NCBI GenBank assembly: GCA_017390475.1 | Contig: JAFPBO010000055.1 | Location: 4,133 to 68,132 of the forward strand | DNA length: 64,000 nucleotides | Direction: 5' to 3' | From: Loktanella sp. | GTDB taxonomy: Bacteria; Pseudomonadota; Alphaproteobacteria; Rhodobacterales; Rhodobacteraceae | Part shown: positions 47,874 to 59,455 of the stretch, one piece after another | How the letters are laid out: each line of letters opens with the position of its first letter | How positions within the stretch are numbered: position 1 is the stretch's first letter | Made by a program: the position numbers and the translations under genes | Notes under the pieces: model-generated | Databases searched by the model: none | What the model saw: the letters and a program-made list of their open reading frames with translations, nothing else | Told to the model about the DNA's origin: nothing

Positions 47874-48644
47874 TTAAGAAAAGGCCGCGCAGAACGCTGC
47901 GAGCGCTAACTCATCTTCGCCCGACGCATATGCCTCCATCGTAACGGTTCCGTCATAGCCCATTGTCGTCAGTGCCCGAGCGATGCCGGAAAAGTTTATC
48001 TCTCCAGTGCCAGGTTCAAAACGACCGGGCACATCGGCGACCTGAATTTCGCCGATCCATGGTAGGCAGGCGCGGCAGAGTTCGATCAGATTTCCCTCAC
48101 CGATCTGCGCATGGTAAAGATCGAGGTTGATCTGAAGCTGCGGTCGATCAACCGCGGCAACCAGCATCAGCGTTTCATCCGCCCGGGCATAGGGAACACC
48201 GGCGTGATCAACCGGCGCGTTGAGGTTCTCCAGTGTAAATACGACATCTAGTTCTTCGGCCATATCGCAGATCCGGTGCAATGTGTCGCGCGCCTTTACC
48301 CATTTCAGCGGTGTCGCCACCTCCGCCAGAAGTGGGCGACCGCCGTCGCCCAGACCCGTGCCATGCAGGTTCAGTCGCGCGACGCCCAGACGTTTGCCGA
48401 CCAGCGCCGCTTCGCGGGCGGAGGCTAGCAGCATGTCGGCACCTGCGTCATCAGACAGCCGCCCCTGAAGATAGCCGTTCATGATCCCGAAACGCGCGCC
48501 GGATTGTTCCAGCTGGTCAAGGTCATGGGCGTTCCAGTTCCACAGCCCAACCTGAAGCCCCATTTCGTTCAGCCGGGCGCAGCGCCATGCCATCGGTTTG
48601 TCTTGCCACAGCATTTCGGCGCAGGCGGCGAGTGTAAACGGCAT
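47874..48644 (-). CDS. hydroxypyruvate isomerase-like TIM-barrel protein (sugar-phosphate isomerase/epimerase superfamily)
   Basis: MPFTLAACAEMLWQDKP... is a Hyi/OtnI-type N-terminus in a 256-aa AP-endonuclease-2 TIM barrel. Last gene of the minus-strand iol sub-operon. Confidence 0.75.
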   Translation of the reverse strand: MPFTLAACAEMLWQDKPMAWRCARLNEMGLQVGLWNWNAHDLDQLEQSGARFGIMNGYLQGRLSDDAGADMLLASAREAALVGKRLGVARLNLHGTGLGDGGRPLLAEVATPLKWVKARDTLHRICDMAEELDVVFTLENLNAPVDHAGVPYARADETLMLVAAVDRPQLQINLDLYHAQIGEGNLIELCRACLPWIGEIQVADVPGRFEPGTGEINFSGIARALTTMGYDGTVTMEAYASGEDELALAAFCAAFS

Positions 48645-48647
48645 TTG

Positions 48648-49649
48648 TCAGGCTCCTGTCATAGCTTTGGTGATCGTGACTGGCTGCCCCGAAGCCAGAG
48701 ACTGGTTCGCGGCCTCTGCAAGGGCGAGCGCATTCACGCCGTCCTGTATCGTGGCAGGCACGGGTTTGCCGTCAAGGCAGGCATCGACGAAAGCCGACCA
48801 TTCGATGCCATAGGCGCGCATGTAGCGTTCAAGGAAGAAGTAGACCGGTTTGGCGGCAATCGCGCCCGCAGCTGTGGTGGTGACTAGCGTGTTTTCAATC
48901 TCGTTGCGGACCTCAAGCGTGCCTTTGGACCCCAGCACTTCGACTCGCTGATCGTAGCCATAGGGTGCACGGCGCGAGTTGCGGATCGTAGCGATCCTCC
49001 CGTCGGCATAGGTCAGCACGACAACAGCGGTATCCACATCGCCGGCAGCACCGATGTCGGGGTCGACCAGACAGGATCCGTGTGCCATGACAATCTGCGG
49101 CATGCCGAAGAGGAAGGCGCACATGTCGAAGTCATGGATCATCATGTCCCGGAACAACCCGCCCGATACCTTGATATAGCTGACCGGCGGTGGGGCCGGA
49201 TCATAGGATGTCACCGCCAGCAGTTCGCCCTTGCCGATCTCACCTGCGTCCAGTGCGGCTTTGACGGCGGCAAAATTTGGGTCAAACCGGCGGTTGAAGC
49301 CCATCATCACCGGCTTGTCATGGGTGCTGGCGATTGCGCGCACGTTGAGCGCACGTTCCAGAGACAGGTCAATCGGCTTTTCGCAGAAGATTGCCTTGCC
49401 CGCCTTGACCCCGGCTTCGATCAGGTCGGAATGGGTGTTGGTCGATGAGGCGATAAGGATCGCGTCGATGTCGGGATCGGCCAGAATGTCATCGGCGGAA
49501 CGGGCCGCGATGCCATGTTCTTGTGCCAATGCCGTGGCGGCATCCATCATCACATCCGTGACGGCGATTAGTTCAGACCGGGGATCCATACGGATCGAAG
49601 CAGCGTGGACCTTGCCGATACGACCGGCGCCGAAAATGGCAACTTTCAT
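48648..49649 (-). CDS. iolG: inositol 2-dehydrogenase (Gfo/Idh/MocA)
   Basis: MKVAIFGAGRIGKVHAASI..., 333 aa, iol context. Confidence 0.8.
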   Translation of the reverse strand: MKVAIFGAGRIGKVHAASIRMDPRSELIAVTDVMMDAATALAQEHGIAARSADDILADPDIDAILIASSTNTHSDLIEAGVKAGKAIFCEKPIDLSLERALNVRAIASTHDKPVMMGFNRRFDPNFAAVKAALDAGEIGKGELLAVTSYDPAPPPVSYIKVSGGLFRDMMIHDFDMCAFLFGMPQIVMAHGSCLVDPDIGAAGDVDTAVVVLTYADGRIATIRNSRRAPYGYDQRVEVLGSKGTLEVRNEIENTLVTTTAAGAIAAKPVYFFLERYMRAYGIEWSAFVDACLDGKPVPATIQDGVNALALAEAANQSLASGQPVTITKAMTGA

Positions 49650-49670
49650 TGGTAACTCCCTTAAGTGATG

Positions 49671-50792
49671 TCAGAGGGTGATACGACGGCCCTGTCTGGC
49701 TGCGGCATCAATGCTGTGAATGACGGTCTCGAACCCGAGCGCGTCGGTGAATGACGGAAAGGCTTCTGTCCCGGCGGCGATGGCGCGCAGGAAACTGGCC
49801 GCTTCGATGGTTTTCAGGTCGCCGAAGCCAAGCTGGTGGCCGGGGGCGGGGCAGAACTGCCGGTAGGGCAGATGGTCCGGCCCGGCCAGAATGGTACGAA
49901 AACCCTGCGTGCTTTTGGGGCCTTCATTGATGTAAAGCTGTAATTCGTTCAACCGTTCCTGGCTGAAGGTGATCATGCCTTTGGTGCCGTGCACCTCCCA
50001 GTCGAGCTTGTTTTTGCGCCCCCATGCTGCGCGCGAGGAACATAACGTGCCGTGCGCGCCGCTTGCATAGCGGACAATTGCCGATGCGGTATCTTCATTC
50101 TCGACCGGGGCGTTGCCGGTGCCAGCCGGCAGCGGACGTGTCGCATGGATGATCTGGGTGTCAGCTATCAGGCTATCGATAGGGCCCATCAGGAGATGGC
50201 TGACCGACACCAGATGACAGCCCAGATCGCCCAAAGTGCCAAGACCTGCGTCGGCTCGCCGCGACCGCCATGTCCAGTGCAGGTCGGGATCGGCCTGATA
50301 ATCTTCGTCCACCCAACCGCGGAAATGCACCGGGCGGCCAATCATGCCGGCGGCAATAAGCTGTTGTGCATGTTGCACCATCGGGTTGTGCAGGTAATTG
50401 TAGCCGACAATCGTGCGCACACCGGCCTTGCGCGCAGCGCTTTCCATGTCCTGCGCCTGTTTTAGTGTTAGCGCGAGCGGTTTTTCGCAGTGCACATGCT
50501 TTCCCGCCGCAATTGCTGCCAGCGCGATGTCATGGTGCAGGGCGTTTGGGGTGGTGATGGAAACAATATGGACAGCCGGGTCGTTGACAAGCGCGCGCCA
50601 ATCGTCTGTGACGTCGGCAAAGCCGAATTGCGCACCCAGTGTCCGGGCGCTTTCCTGCGGCGTGTCACTGAACAGGCAAAGCCGGACGGAAGGCAGGTCA
50701 CCAAAGACGGCAGGGGCGGCGCGATAGGCCAGAGCATGCGCCTTGCCCATGAAGCCACCGCCGATCAGCCCAAGGCCTAAGCTTTTGTCCAA
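49671..50792 (-). CDS. Gfo/Idh/MocA-family oxidoreductase
   Basis: LGLIGGGFMGKAHALAY Rossmann N-terminus, 373 aa. Adjacent to iolG. Substrate not assignable. Confidence 0.8.
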   Translation of the reverse strand: MDKSLGLGLIGGGFMGKAHALAYRAAPAVFGDLPSVRLCLFSDTPQESARTLGAQFGFADVTDDWRALVNDPAVHIVSITTPNALHHDIALAAIAAGKHVHCEKPLALTLKQAQDMESAARKAGVRTIVGYNYLHNPMVQHAQQLIAAGMIGRPVHFRGWVDEDYQADPDLHWTWRSRRADAGLGTLGDLGCHLVSVSHLLMGPIDSLIADTQIIHATRPLPAGTGNAPVENEDTASAIVRYASGAHGTLCSSRAAWGRKNKLDWEVHGTKGMITFSQERLNELQLYINEGPKSTQGFRTILAGPDHLPYRQFCPAPGHQLGFGDLKTIEAASFLRAIAAGTEAFPSFTDALGFETVIHSIDAAARQGRRITL

Positions 50793-50875
50793 GATTCCAC
50801 CCCCCCCTAAATGAAATTTTTATTCCATACGCTGCATGATATGATACGACGATACTGTCAAGATGGAGAAACAGC

Positions 50876-51706
50876 ATGAGCCAATTCGCAGAACCGACAA
50901 CCGCGCCCGAAACCGTCGCCGAGGCGCTAGCGCGGATGGATGCGATAGCGGAGACCCTGCCCAAGCGGTTGAAGCAATGTGCGACGTTTACCCGTCACCA
51001 TCTACACTTGATCGCAGTGTCGACCGTGTCCGAAATGGCGCAGGCGGCAGATGTCGCGCCTTCTGCCTTTATGCGGTTCTGTCAGGCGATGGGTTTCAGC
51101 GGATACTCCGATATGCAGGCGCTATTCCGAACGCAGTTTACGTCCTTTCGCCCCGACTATGATACACGGCTTGCACAGCTGCGCCCCAGCGTGGGGGCAG
51201 ACGCTGGTCGGTTGATGATGGACTTTGCCGAATCTGGGCATAAGTCACTGTTATCATTAACAGGATCGGTGACATCTGAAAGCATGAACGGGGCCGCAAA
51301 AGCTATGGCAGAGGCCCGTATTGTGCATCTGATCGGCCTGCGCCGAGCCTATGCGGTGGCAGTAAACATGGCCTATTACTTCGGCAAGTTGGAGGTGCCG
51401 TGCGTTCTGCATGCCAGCGTTGGTTTGCAGGATCTTGCACCCGTTATTTGCAAAGATGACGTGCTGTTCGCAATCACATTCGCGCCCTTTTCGGAAGAAA
51501 CCATCAAGCTGGCGCGACGGGCGGCGAACAATGGCGCGCGGGTGATCGGGTTGACCGATTCCGAGACCTGCCCGCTAAGCAGTTTCGCCGATGATGTCTT
51601 GCTTGTGCGCGAGAACGAGGTCGGCGGCTTTCGCGCACTGAACGGTGCGATCACGCTGAGCACTGCGCTTTCCGTCGCTGTCGGGGCGGTGAAGAATACT
51701 GATTGA
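50876..51706 (+). CDS. MurR/RpiR-family regulator (HTH_6 + SIS), probable iol repressor
   Basis: The N-terminal RpiR HTH (LPKRLKQCATFTRHHLHLIAVSTVSEMAQAADVAPSAFMRFCQAMGFSGYSDM) is followed by a SIS domain. Divergent from the iolG sub-operon. Confidence 0.85.
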   Translation: MSQFAEPTTAPETVAEALARMDAIAETLPKRLKQCATFTRHHLHLIAVSTVSEMAQAADVAPSAFMRFCQAMGFSGYSDMQALFRTQFTSFRPDYDTRLAQLRPSVGADAGRLMMDFAESGHKSLLSLTGSVTSESMNGAAKAMAEARIVHLIGLRRAYAVAVNMAYYFGKLEVPCVLHASVGLQDLAPVICKDDVLFAITFAPFSEETIKLARRAANNGARVIGLTDSETCPLSSFADDVLLVRENEVGGFRALNGAITLSTALSVAVGAVKNTD

Positions 51707-51826
51707 CAGACAGATGATTCGGCCTCAAATAGAATATACGTTCCAAAATGGCGAGGAGTCAGGGGCGTGACTGTAGATTGTCCGGCTGTTTCAATGCCGG
51801 GCTTCAGTTGTTCTTAGGGAGGAAAC

Positions 51827-52753
51827 ATGTCGAATTTTACCAAAGCAGCGTCGCTGATTGTCGGGCTGGCGATTGCCGCACCGGCAGCGGCACAAAACAT
51901 TATCGTCGTAGCGCATGGTCAGGCGAATGATCCGTTCTGGTCAGTCGTCAAGAACGGTGCAGATATGGCAGCCACTCATACCGGCGCCAGAGTTGATTTT
52001 CGATCGCCGGAAACCTTTGACATGGTTCAGATGAGCCAGCTGATCGACGCCGCCGTCAATCAGGAGCCTGATGGGCTGGTCATTTCAATCCCTGATGCCG
52101 ATGCGCTGGGGCCGTCGATCGCACGTGCCATTCAGGCCGGTATTCCGGTGATCTCTATGAATTCGGGTGGCGATGTGGCGGCAGATCTGGGTGTCCTGCT
52201 ACATGTCGGACAGGACGAATACACCTCCGGCAAGATCGCAGGCGAAAGATTGGCCGAGATGGGCGGGACCACCGGGATCTGTGTGAACCAGGAAGTGGGC
52301 AATGTATCGCTTGACCAGCGCTGCGCTGGTTTTGCCGAAGGGTTCGGCGGAAGTGTCGAGGTGATTCCGACGCTGAATGATCCTGCAGAAGTCCGTGCCA
52401 AAGTGCAGGCGGCACTGGAATCCAACCCCGATGTCGACACGATCATGGCGCTTGGGGCAACCCTTGTCGGTGAACCTGCCATTGAAGCAGTCCGCACTGT
52501 CGGGCGCGCGGGTGAGGTCAATATCGCAACTTTCGATCTGTCCGCCGGTTTTCTGGAGGCGGTTGCTGCAGGTGATGCAGCCTTTGCCATCGACCAGCAG
52601 CAATTCCTGCAAGGCTATCTGCCGGTCGTGTTTCTGGCGATGAACGCGACATATGGGCTGATGCCCGGTGGCGACGTTCCGTCCGGCCCAAACCTCGTGA
52701 TGCAGGATCAGGCAGGGATGGTCGTTGAAATGTCTGCGATGGGCATCCGCTAA
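51827..52753 (+). CDS. sugar ABC transporter periplasmic binding protein (RbsB-like)
   Basis: Signal peptide MSNFTKAASLIVGLAIAAPAAAQN and a type I periplasmic binding fold. Confidence 0.85.
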   Translation: MSNFTKAASLIVGLAIAAPAAAQNIIVVAHGQANDPFWSVVKNGADMAATHTGARVDFRSPETFDMVQMSQLIDAAVNQEPDGLVISIPDADALGPSIARAIQAGIPVISMNSGGDVAADLGVLLHVGQDEYTSGKIAGERLAEMGGTTGICVNQEVGNVSLDQRCAGFAEGFGGSVEVIPTLNDPAEVRAKVQAALESNPDVDTIMALGATLVGEPAIEAVRTVGRAGEVNIATFDLSAGFLEAVAAGDAAFAIDQQQFLQGYLPVVFLAMNATYGLMPGGDVPSGPNLVMQDQAGMVVEMSAMGIR

Positions 52754-52839
52754 GCGGCTTTTACCAACACTTGTTACCAATGGGATCGCGGCGCTTTCGC
52801 TGCGCTGCGATCCTGTCCAGTTTTAGGGAGATAAGAGCC

Positions 52840-53946
52840 ATGGTCGATGTTGCGCAGGCTGATCAGGACGAAAGACTAAAGAAAGAAAGCTTTGGAACAC
52901 GCCTTTTGCGGCGACCAGAGCTTGGAGCGATGGCCGGGCTTGTTCTTGTCACGGCGTTCTTTCTTTATACCGCCGACAGTGCGATGTTCACATTGTCCGG
53001 CATCATCAACTTCATGACGCCCGCTGCACAATTGGGCATTCTGGCCATCGGGGCAGCGATGCTGATGATCGGCGGTGAATTCGATCTGTCCATCGGCTCG
53101 ATGGTGGCCTTTGCCGGGCTGATCTTTGGCGCCTGCGTCGTGACGATGGGATTGCCGTTGGTCATCGCCATTCCGATCACGCTGGTGGTGGCTGGGGCCA
53201 TCGGGGCGTTCAATGGGTCTGTCGTGCTCAAGACTGGGTTGCCGTCATTTATCGTGACTCTTGCCTTCCTATTCATTCTGCGCGGGGCCTCGCTTGTCGG
53301 ACTCAAGCTGGCCTCTGACGGGTCGACACAATTGCGCGGCGTGCGCGAGGCTGTCGGGAATGACTGGCTGGCACCGCTGTTTGCAGGTGATGCATTCGGC
53401 CCGCTTTTCCTGTGGCTGGGTGAGCGCGGATGGATCGAGACATTCAACAACGGCACGCCCAAGGTGACCGGCATCCCGGTCGAGATTTTATGGTTTATCG
53501 CGCTGACGGCGGTAGCGACCTACGTCCTGTTGCGCACCCCTTTCGGCAACTGGATCTTTGCCGCCGGTGGTGACCGGAATGCGGCGTCCAATTCTGGTGT
53601 GCCGGTGCGCCGCGTCAAGATATCGCTGTTCATGTTTGCGGCCTGTTGTGGCGCGCTGGTCGCCATCATCACGGTCATGGATACAGGATCCACTGATGCG
53701 CGACGTGGTTTCATGAAGGAATTCGAGGCGATCATCGCTGCGGTCATTGGGGGCTGCCTGTTGACCGGCGGCTATGGGTCGGCCATCGGAGCGTTTTTCG
53801 GCGCGATCATATTTGGCATGGTCACTATTGGGCTGACCTATACCAATTTTGATCAGGACTGGTTCCAGGTGTTCCTTGGCGGGATGCTGCTGATCGCGGT
53901 TCTGTTTAACAACTACATCCGCAAACGCGTGACGGGAGAGCGGTAA
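52840..53946 (+). CDS. sugar ABC transporter permease
   Basis: Polytopic RbsC/AraH-like protein. The start was moved to ATG 52840 after agggag. Confidence 0.85.
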   Translation: MVDVAQADQDERLKKESFGTRLLRRPELGAMAGLVLVTAFFLYTADSAMFTLSGIINFMTPAAQLGILAIGAAMLMIGGEFDLSIGSMVAFAGLIFGACVVTMGLPLVIAIPITLVVAGAIGAFNGSVVLKTGLPSFIVTLAFLFILRGASLVGLKLASDGSTQLRGVREAVGNDWLAPLFAGDAFGPLFLWLGERGWIETFNNGTPKVTGIPVEILWFIALTAVATYVLLRTPFGNWIFAAGGDRNAASNSGVPVRRVKISLFMFAACCGALVAIITVMDTGSTDARRGFMKEFEAIIAAVIGGCLLTGGYGSAIGAFFGAIIFGMVTIGLTYTNFDQDWFQVFLGGMLLIAVLFNNYIRKRVTGER

Positions 53947-53947
53947 T

Positions 53948-54769
53948 ATGGCACAGGACACATCATTCCATCACGGCGATGCCCCAGCAGATGTGGCGCC
54001 GATCCTTGAAATGCGCGATATCGAAAAGCATTTCGGCAATATCATTGCACTGGCCGGTGTCAGTTTCGACGTTCGCCCCGGCGAATGCCATTGCCTGCTA
54101 GGCGACAACGGGGCAGGGAAATCAACCTTCATCAAGACGATGTCAGGCGTTCACAAGCCCACGATCGGCACGATCACAATCGGCGGCAAGCCCATGAACT
54201 TCGCCAGCCCGCGTGAAGCGATGGAGGCCGGGATCGCCACCGTCTTTCAGGATCTGGCGATGATTCCGCTGATGAGTGTGTCGCGCAACTTTTTTATGGG
54301 GCGTGAACCGACCACGGGATCTGGTCCGTTCAAACGCCTTGATGTCGACAGGATGAACGACATCACCATGACACATATGCGCGAGATGGGGATAAACCTG
54401 CGCGCGCCAGATCAGGCTGTCGGCACTTTGTCGGGCGGTGAACGCCAGACCGTTGCTATTGCGCGGGCGGTCTATTTCGGGGCTAAAGTGCTGATCCTTG
54501 ATGAGCCGACATCGGCGCTTGGCGTGCGCCAGACCTCGAATGTGCTGGCCACGATTGACCGCGTGCGTAAACAAGGTGTCGGCGTCGTTTTCATAAGTCA
54601 CAACGTGCGGCATGCACTGGCAGTGGGTGACCGCTTTACCGTGCTGAACCGGGGTAAAACGCTGGGCACAGCGGCACGCGGCGAAATCTCGCCCGATGAA
54701 TTGCAGGATATGATGGCGGGTGGTCAGGAAATGGCGCAGCTTGAAGGATCGCTTGGGGGAACAGTGTGA
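53948..54769 (+). CDS. sugar ABC transporter ATP-binding protein
   Basis: Walker [10 protein letters not shown], signature LSGGERQ, Walker B LILDEPT. Confidence 0.9.
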   Translation: MAQDTSFHHGDAPADVAPILEMRDIEKHFGNIIALAGVSFDVRPGECHCLLGDNGAGKSTFIKTMSGVHKPTIGTITIGGKPMNFASPREAMEAGIATVFQDLAMIPLMSVSRNFFMGREPTTGSGPFKRLDVDRMNDITMTHMREMGINLRAPDQAVGTLSGGERQTVAIARAVYFGAKVLILDEPTSALGVRQTSNVLATIDRVRKQGVGVVFISHNVRHALAVGDRFTVLNRGKTLGTAARGEISPDELQDMMAGGQEMAQLEGSLGGTV

Positions 54770-56682
54770 TGCAGAAAGACCTTGATCTGATCACTATCGG
54801 GCGGTCTTCGGTCGATCTTTATGGCGGGCAGGTCGGCGGCCGACTGGAAGATATGCGGTCGTTCGACAAATATCTGGGCGGCTCGCCCACCAATATGGCC
54901 GCCGGAACCGCGCGGCTGGGCCTGCGCTCAGCGGTGCTGACAAAAGTCGGTGACGAACATATGGGCCGTTTCATCCGCGAAGAATTGGCGCGTGAAGGTG
55001 TTGATACCACAGGGGTGCTGACAGACCCTGACCGATTGACCGCGCTGGTGCTACTGGGGATCCGGGATGAAAATCAGTTTCCGCTAATATTCTACCGTGA
55101 AAATTGTGCCGATATGGCGCTGACCGAGGATGACGTGGACGAAGCGTTTATCGCCCGCGCCCGCGCTGTTGTTGCCACTGGCACGCATCTGTCGCACCCA
55201 AAGACAGAGGCAGCCGTGATCAAGGCGCTGCAACTCGCGCGCCAGCACGGCGCGCGGAGGGCGCTGGATATTGACTACCGCCCCAATCTATGGGGGCTGG
55301 CGGGGCATGATGCGGGCGAGGAACGGTTCATCGCCTCTGACGCCGTGACGGAAAAGCTGCAGTCGCATCTGCAGTATTTCGATCTGATCGTCGGCACCGA
55401 AGAGGAATTCCACATCGCGGGTGGCACCACCGATACGCTGTCCGCGCTGCGCGCTGTGCGCGCCGTGTCGGATGCCACATTGGTTTGCAAACGCGGCGCT
55501 GCCGGTGCTGTTGCCTTTGTCGGGGATATTCCTGGGTCTTTGGACGATGGCCAGACCGGCCCGGGTTTCCCAATCGAGATCTTCAACGTGCTAGGTGCTG
55601 GGGATGGTTTCATGTCCGGCCTGCTGAAAGGCTGGCTGGATGATGCCGGTTGGCCGACAGCGCTGCAATATGCCAATGCCTGCGGGGCTTTCGCGGTGTC
55701 GCGTCATGGCTGCACACCTGCCTATCCCAGTTGGGCAGAACTGCAGTTTTTCCTGCAGCGGGGGGTCATCCGGCCTGATTTGCGCAATGATGCGGAACTG
55801 GATCAGATCCATTGGTCCACTAACCGCAAGGGTGATTGGTCGACCATGCGGGTCTTTGCTTTTGATCACCGGATACAGATGGAAGATCTTGCCGGGGCTA
55901 CCCCTGCGAAGATCGGTGCTTTCAAGGAATTATGCCTTGACGCCTGCGCCGCAGTTGCTGGCGGGCGGCCCGGATACGGGCTGCTGTGCGATAGCCGGCT
56001 GGGCCGCGCGGCGCTGCAAAAGGCGGCGGGGCAGGGGCTGTGGATCGGGCGTCCGGTCGAATGGCCGGGGTCACGCCCGTTGAAGCTGGAACCTGAACTT
56101 GGTCCTGATTTTGGTGGCCTGTCGGAATGGCCTGCGGATCATGTAGTGAAATGCCTGTTCTTCTACCACCCCGATGACGATGCCGCCGCGCGTGCCGAAC
56201 AAGAGGCCACCGTGCTGCGCGTGTTCCATGCCGCGCGGCGCAATCGGCTGGAATTCCTGCTTGAGGTTATTCCGTCCAAGGTTGGTCCGGTCGATGACAG
56301 CACCAATGCCGCAATTATCCGTCGGTTTTATAACATTGGCGTTTATCCTGATTGGTGGAAGCTGGAACCGATGCGCAGCGAGGCGGCATGGGATGCCGCC
56401 TGCACGGCGATCGCGCAGAATGATCCGCATACCCGTGGTATCGTGGTGCTGGGCCTGGCCGCGGAGGAAACGGCGCTGGCGGAAAGTTTCCAGATTGCTG
56501 CGCGGTTCCCGCTGGTAAAGGGTTTCGCGGTGGGGCGTACGATATTTGGCGCCGCTGCCGAGGACTGGATGGCAGGCAGGATGAGCGATGCCGCAGCGGT
56601 GACGCAGATGCGCCACAATTACACCCGCCTGTGCGAGATCTGGGACACGGCGCGCGACAAGTTAAGAAAGGATGCAGCATGA
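54766..56682 (+). CDS. iolC: 5-dehydro-2-deoxygluconokinase fused to a DUF2090 domain
   Basis: N-terminal PfkB ribokinase-like domain ([11 protein letters not shown]) plus an about 300-aa C-terminal domain. This is the long IolC form known in alphaproteobacteria. Confidence 0.85.
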   Translation: MMQKDLDLITIGRSSVDLYGGQVGGRLEDMRSFDKYLGGSPTNMAAGTARLGLRSAVLTKVGDEHMGRFIREELAREGVDTTGVLTDPDRLTALVLLGIRDENQFPLIFYRENCADMALTEDDVDEAFIARARAVVATGTHLSHPKTEAAVIKALQLARQHGARRALDIDYRPNLWGLAGHDAGEERFIASDAVTEKLQSHLQYFDLIVGTEEEFHIAGGTTDTLSALRAVRAVSDATLVCKRGAAGAVAFVGDIPGSLDDGQTGPGFPIEIFNVLGAGDGFMSGLLKGWLDDAGWPTALQYANACGAFAVSRHGCTPAYPSWAELQFFLQRGVIRPDLRNDAELDQIHWSTNRKGDWSTMRVFAFDHRIQMEDLAGATPAKIGAFKELCLDACAAVAGGRPGYGLLCDSRLGRAALQKAAGQGLWIGRPVEWPGSRPLKLEPELGPDFGGLSEWPADHVVKCLFFYHPDDDAAARAEQEATVLRVFHAARRNRLEFLLEVIPSKVGPVDDSTNAAIIRRFYNIGVYPDWWKLEPMRSEAAWDAACTAIAQNDPHTRGIVVLGLAAEETALAESFQIAARFPLVKGFAVGRTIFGAAAEDWMAGRMSDAAAVTQMRHNYTRLCEIWDTARDKLRKDAA

Positions 56683-58505
56683 CCATGATCCGGCTGACCG
56701 CCGCACAGGCGATGGTGAAATACCTTGCCGCGCAGTGCAATGAAGATGGAGAGCCATTTCTGGCGGGCATCTGGGCGATATTCGGCCACGGCAATGTCGC
56801 AGGCATCGGCGAGGCGCTTTACGCCGAACGCGACAATTTCCAGACATGGCGCGGCCATAACGAACAAACGATGTGCCACGCTGCCATAGCCTATGCCAAG
56901 CAATCGGGCCGGCGGCGTGCGATGGCTGTCACTTCTTCCATCGGGCCGGGGGCGCTGAATATGGTGACCGCTGCGGCGCTGGCGCATGTGAACCGCTTGC
57001 CGCTGCTGATGATCCCCGGCGATGTCTTTGCCGGGCGCGGGCCTGACCCGGTGCTGCAACAGATCGAGGATTTCGACGACGGTACAATTTCCGCCAACGA
57101 TTGTTTCAAACCTGTCACCCGGTATTTTGACCGGATCACCAGGCCAGAGCAATTGCTGACGGCCTTGCCGCGTGCCTTTCGCACCATGACAGACCCCGCC
57201 GACTGCGGCCCGGTCTGTCTGTCCTTCTGTCAGGATGTGCAGGCCGAGGCCTATGACTGGCCGGTAGATTTCTTTACCGAAACCATCTGGCGCACACGGC
57301 GCCCCTATCCTGACCCGGTCGAGATTGCGGATGTGACCGCATTGCTGAAAGCTGCGAAAAAACCAGTCATCGTCGCCGGTGGCGGCACACATTATTCTGG
57401 TGCGACCGGCGCCCTGCAGGCCTTTGCCGAAGCGCATCAGGTCCCGGTCGTTGAAAGCCAGGCAGGCAAATCCGCCCTGGCATGGGACCATCCGATGAAC
57501 CTGGGGCCTGTGGGCGTCACGGGCGCATCTTCGGCCAATATTGCCTGTGCTGAGGCCGATCTTGTTCTGGGCGTGGGCACAAGGTTTCAGGATTTTACTA
57601 CCGGGTCATGGAACCTGTTCCAGAACCCCGCGCACAAGCTGGTTTCGCTGAACGTGGCCGCTTACGACGCGATGAAACATGGTGCCGTGCCTTTGTGCTG
57701 CGACGCGCTTGTCGGCCTGGAGATGCTGAGTGAGGCGCTCGAAGATCATACGTTCACAGCACCAGACCCTAAGTTAAAAACCGATTGGTTTGCCGCCGTC
57801 GATCCACTGACCGCAGCGCCGCAGGATGATCACCTGCCCAGTGACCAGCAGGTGATCGGTGCGGTCCAGCGCGCCAGCGGCCCCGATAGCGTCGTGATGT
57901 GTGCCGCTGGCACGATGCCGGGCGAACTGCACAAATTGTGGAAAGCAGCCCGGCCCGGTGGCTATCATATGGAATACGGCTTTTCTTGCATGGGATATGA
58001 GATTGCAGGTGCCATGGGCATTAAGATGGCTCAGCCCGACCGTGATGTAATCTGCATGCTGGGCGATGGCAGCTATATGATGGCAAATTCCGAACTTGCC
58101 ACGGCGGTGATGATGGGGATTAAGATCACTGTCGTGATCACTGATAACCGGGGTTACGGCTGCATCAACCGGCTACAGATGGGCTGCGGCGGGGCAGAGT
58201 TCAACAACATGCTGGACCATTCCTATCACGAAGCCCCGGCCAATATCGACTTTGCTGCCCATGCCGCCGCGATGGGGGCTGCGGCGGTCCATGTCGCCAC
58301 CATCGCCGAGCTGGAGGAAGCTTTGGCACGCTCGAAAGAGGCCACTGGTCCCTTTGTCGTGGTCATCGATACCAACCCTTATCCCTCTACCCCGGATGGT
58401 GGACATTGGTGGGATGTCGCTGTCCCCGAAGTATCGGAACGCGCAGAGGTGCGGCGCGCCCGTGCCGCCTATGAGGCCCAGATTAAGGCACGTGCGATCA
58501 ACTGA
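56679..58505 (+). CDS. iolD: 3D-(3,5/4)-trihydroxycyclohexane-1,2-dione acylhydrolase (ThDP-dependent)
   Basis: The start was moved to ATG 56679 ([16 protein letters not shown]), an ATGA overlap with iolC. ThDP motif GDGSYMMANSELATAV. Confidence 0.9.
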   Translation: MTMIRLTAAQAMVKYLAAQCNEDGEPFLAGIWAIFGHGNVAGIGEALYAERDNFQTWRGHNEQTMCHAAIAYAKQSGRRRAMAVTSSIGPGALNMVTAAALAHVNRLPLLMIPGDVFAGRGPDPVLQQIEDFDDGTISANDCFKPVTRYFDRITRPEQLLTALPRAFRTMTDPADCGPVCLSFCQDVQAEAYDWPVDFFTETIWRTRRPYPDPVEIADVTALLKAAKKPVIVAGGGTHYSGATGALQAFAEAHQVPVVESQAGKSALAWDHPMNLGPVGVTGASSANIACAEADLVLGVGTRFQDFTTGSWNLFQNPAHKLVSLNVAAYDAMKHGAVPLCCDALVGLEMLSEALEDHTFTAPDPKLKTDWFAAVDPLTAAPQDDHLPSDQQVIGAVQRASGPDSVVMCAAGTMPGELHKLWKAARPGGYHMEYGFSCMGYEIAGAMGIKMAQPDRDVICMLGDGSYMMANSELATAVMMGIKITVVITDNRGYGCINRLQMGCGGAEFNNMLDHSYHEAPANIDFAAHAAAMGAAAVHVATIAELEEALARSKEATGPFVVVIDTNPYPSTPDGGHWWDVAVPEVSERAEVRRARAAYEAQIKARAIN

Positions 58506-58528
58506 TCTGCCTACAGAAAGACAAGAAA

Positions 58529-59437
58529 ATGACGATAAAACTAGGTATCTCGCCGATCGCCTGGCAAAATGACGACCTGCCCGATCTGACCCGCGATTTC
58601 ACCATGGATGATGCTTTGCGCGATGCTGCCGCCATCGGCTATACCGGCATCGAACGTGGCCGCAGGATGCCTGCCGATACGTTAGGTCTGCGGGCCTATC
58701 TTGACGCCTATGGTTTGCAGCTTTGCGGCGGCTGGTGTTCTGGGTCGCTTTTGGCCAATGACTTTGCCGCCGAGACTGACCAGATGCGCGCACAGGTCAC
58801 TCAATTTGCCGCACTTGGCGCGCCCTGCATCGTCTATGCGGAATGTTCCAATACTGTGCAGGGTGATCCTCTGGTCCCGGTGAACAAACGCCCGAAACTG
58901 ACTCGGGCCGAGGTGACGGATTACGCCAGACGTCTGTCGGAGATCGCGAAATGGAGTGCGGATCAAGGTCTGCCGCTGGTCTATCACCACCATATGGGCG
59001 CGATCATCGAAGATCAGGATGATGTTAATTGGCTGATGGAAGGGTCGTCGTCCGAACTTGGCCTGCTGTTCGACACCGGGCATCTGGTGTTCGGCCGCGG
59101 TGATCCGATGGCGACCTTGGATCGCTGGGGTGACCGGATCAGCCATGTGCATTACAAGGATCTGCGTGCAAGTATCGCGCAGCAGGCAAGGGCAGAGAAC
59201 TGGTCTTTCCTTGACGCGGTGCAGGCCGGTGCCTTTACCGTTCCCGGCGATACCGAAGGGTCGATTGATTTTGCCGCCGTGACCGACCGTCTGGCCAAGA
59301 TGGGCTATGCGGGCTGGATTGTGGTTGAGGCGGAACAAGACCCGGCCAAGGTTGCCCCCTATGCAGCGTCGAAACTGGGATATGAGACGATCCTAGCGCA
59401 ATGCAAGGCTGCAGGCCTGACCGTAGAAACCCGCTGA
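58529..59437 (+). CDS. iolE: myo-inosose-2 dehydratase
   Basis: LGISPIAWQNDDLPDL N-terminus and TIM-barrel fold, 302 aa. Confidence 0.85.
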   Translation: MTIKLGISPIAWQNDDLPDLTRDFTMDDALRDAAAIGYTGIERGRRMPADTLGLRAYLDAYGLQLCGGWCSGSLLANDFAAETDQMRAQVTQFAALGAPCIVYAECSNTVQGDPLVPVNKRPKLTRAEVTDYARRLSEIAKWSADQGLPLVYHHHMGAIIEDQDDVNWLMEGSSSELGLLFDTGHLVFGRGDPMATLDRWGDRISHVHYKDLRASIAQQARAENWSFLDAVQAGAFTVPGDTEGSIDFAAVTDRLAKMGYAGWIVVEAEQDPAKVAPYAASKLGYETILAQCKAAGLTVETR

Positions 59438-59455
59438 ACCACCTAAGGAGACCCA

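Noticed and set aside
56619-57491. 290-aa minus-strand ORF
   Set aside because: It is antisense to iolD, which carries ThDP motifs. Shadow ORF.
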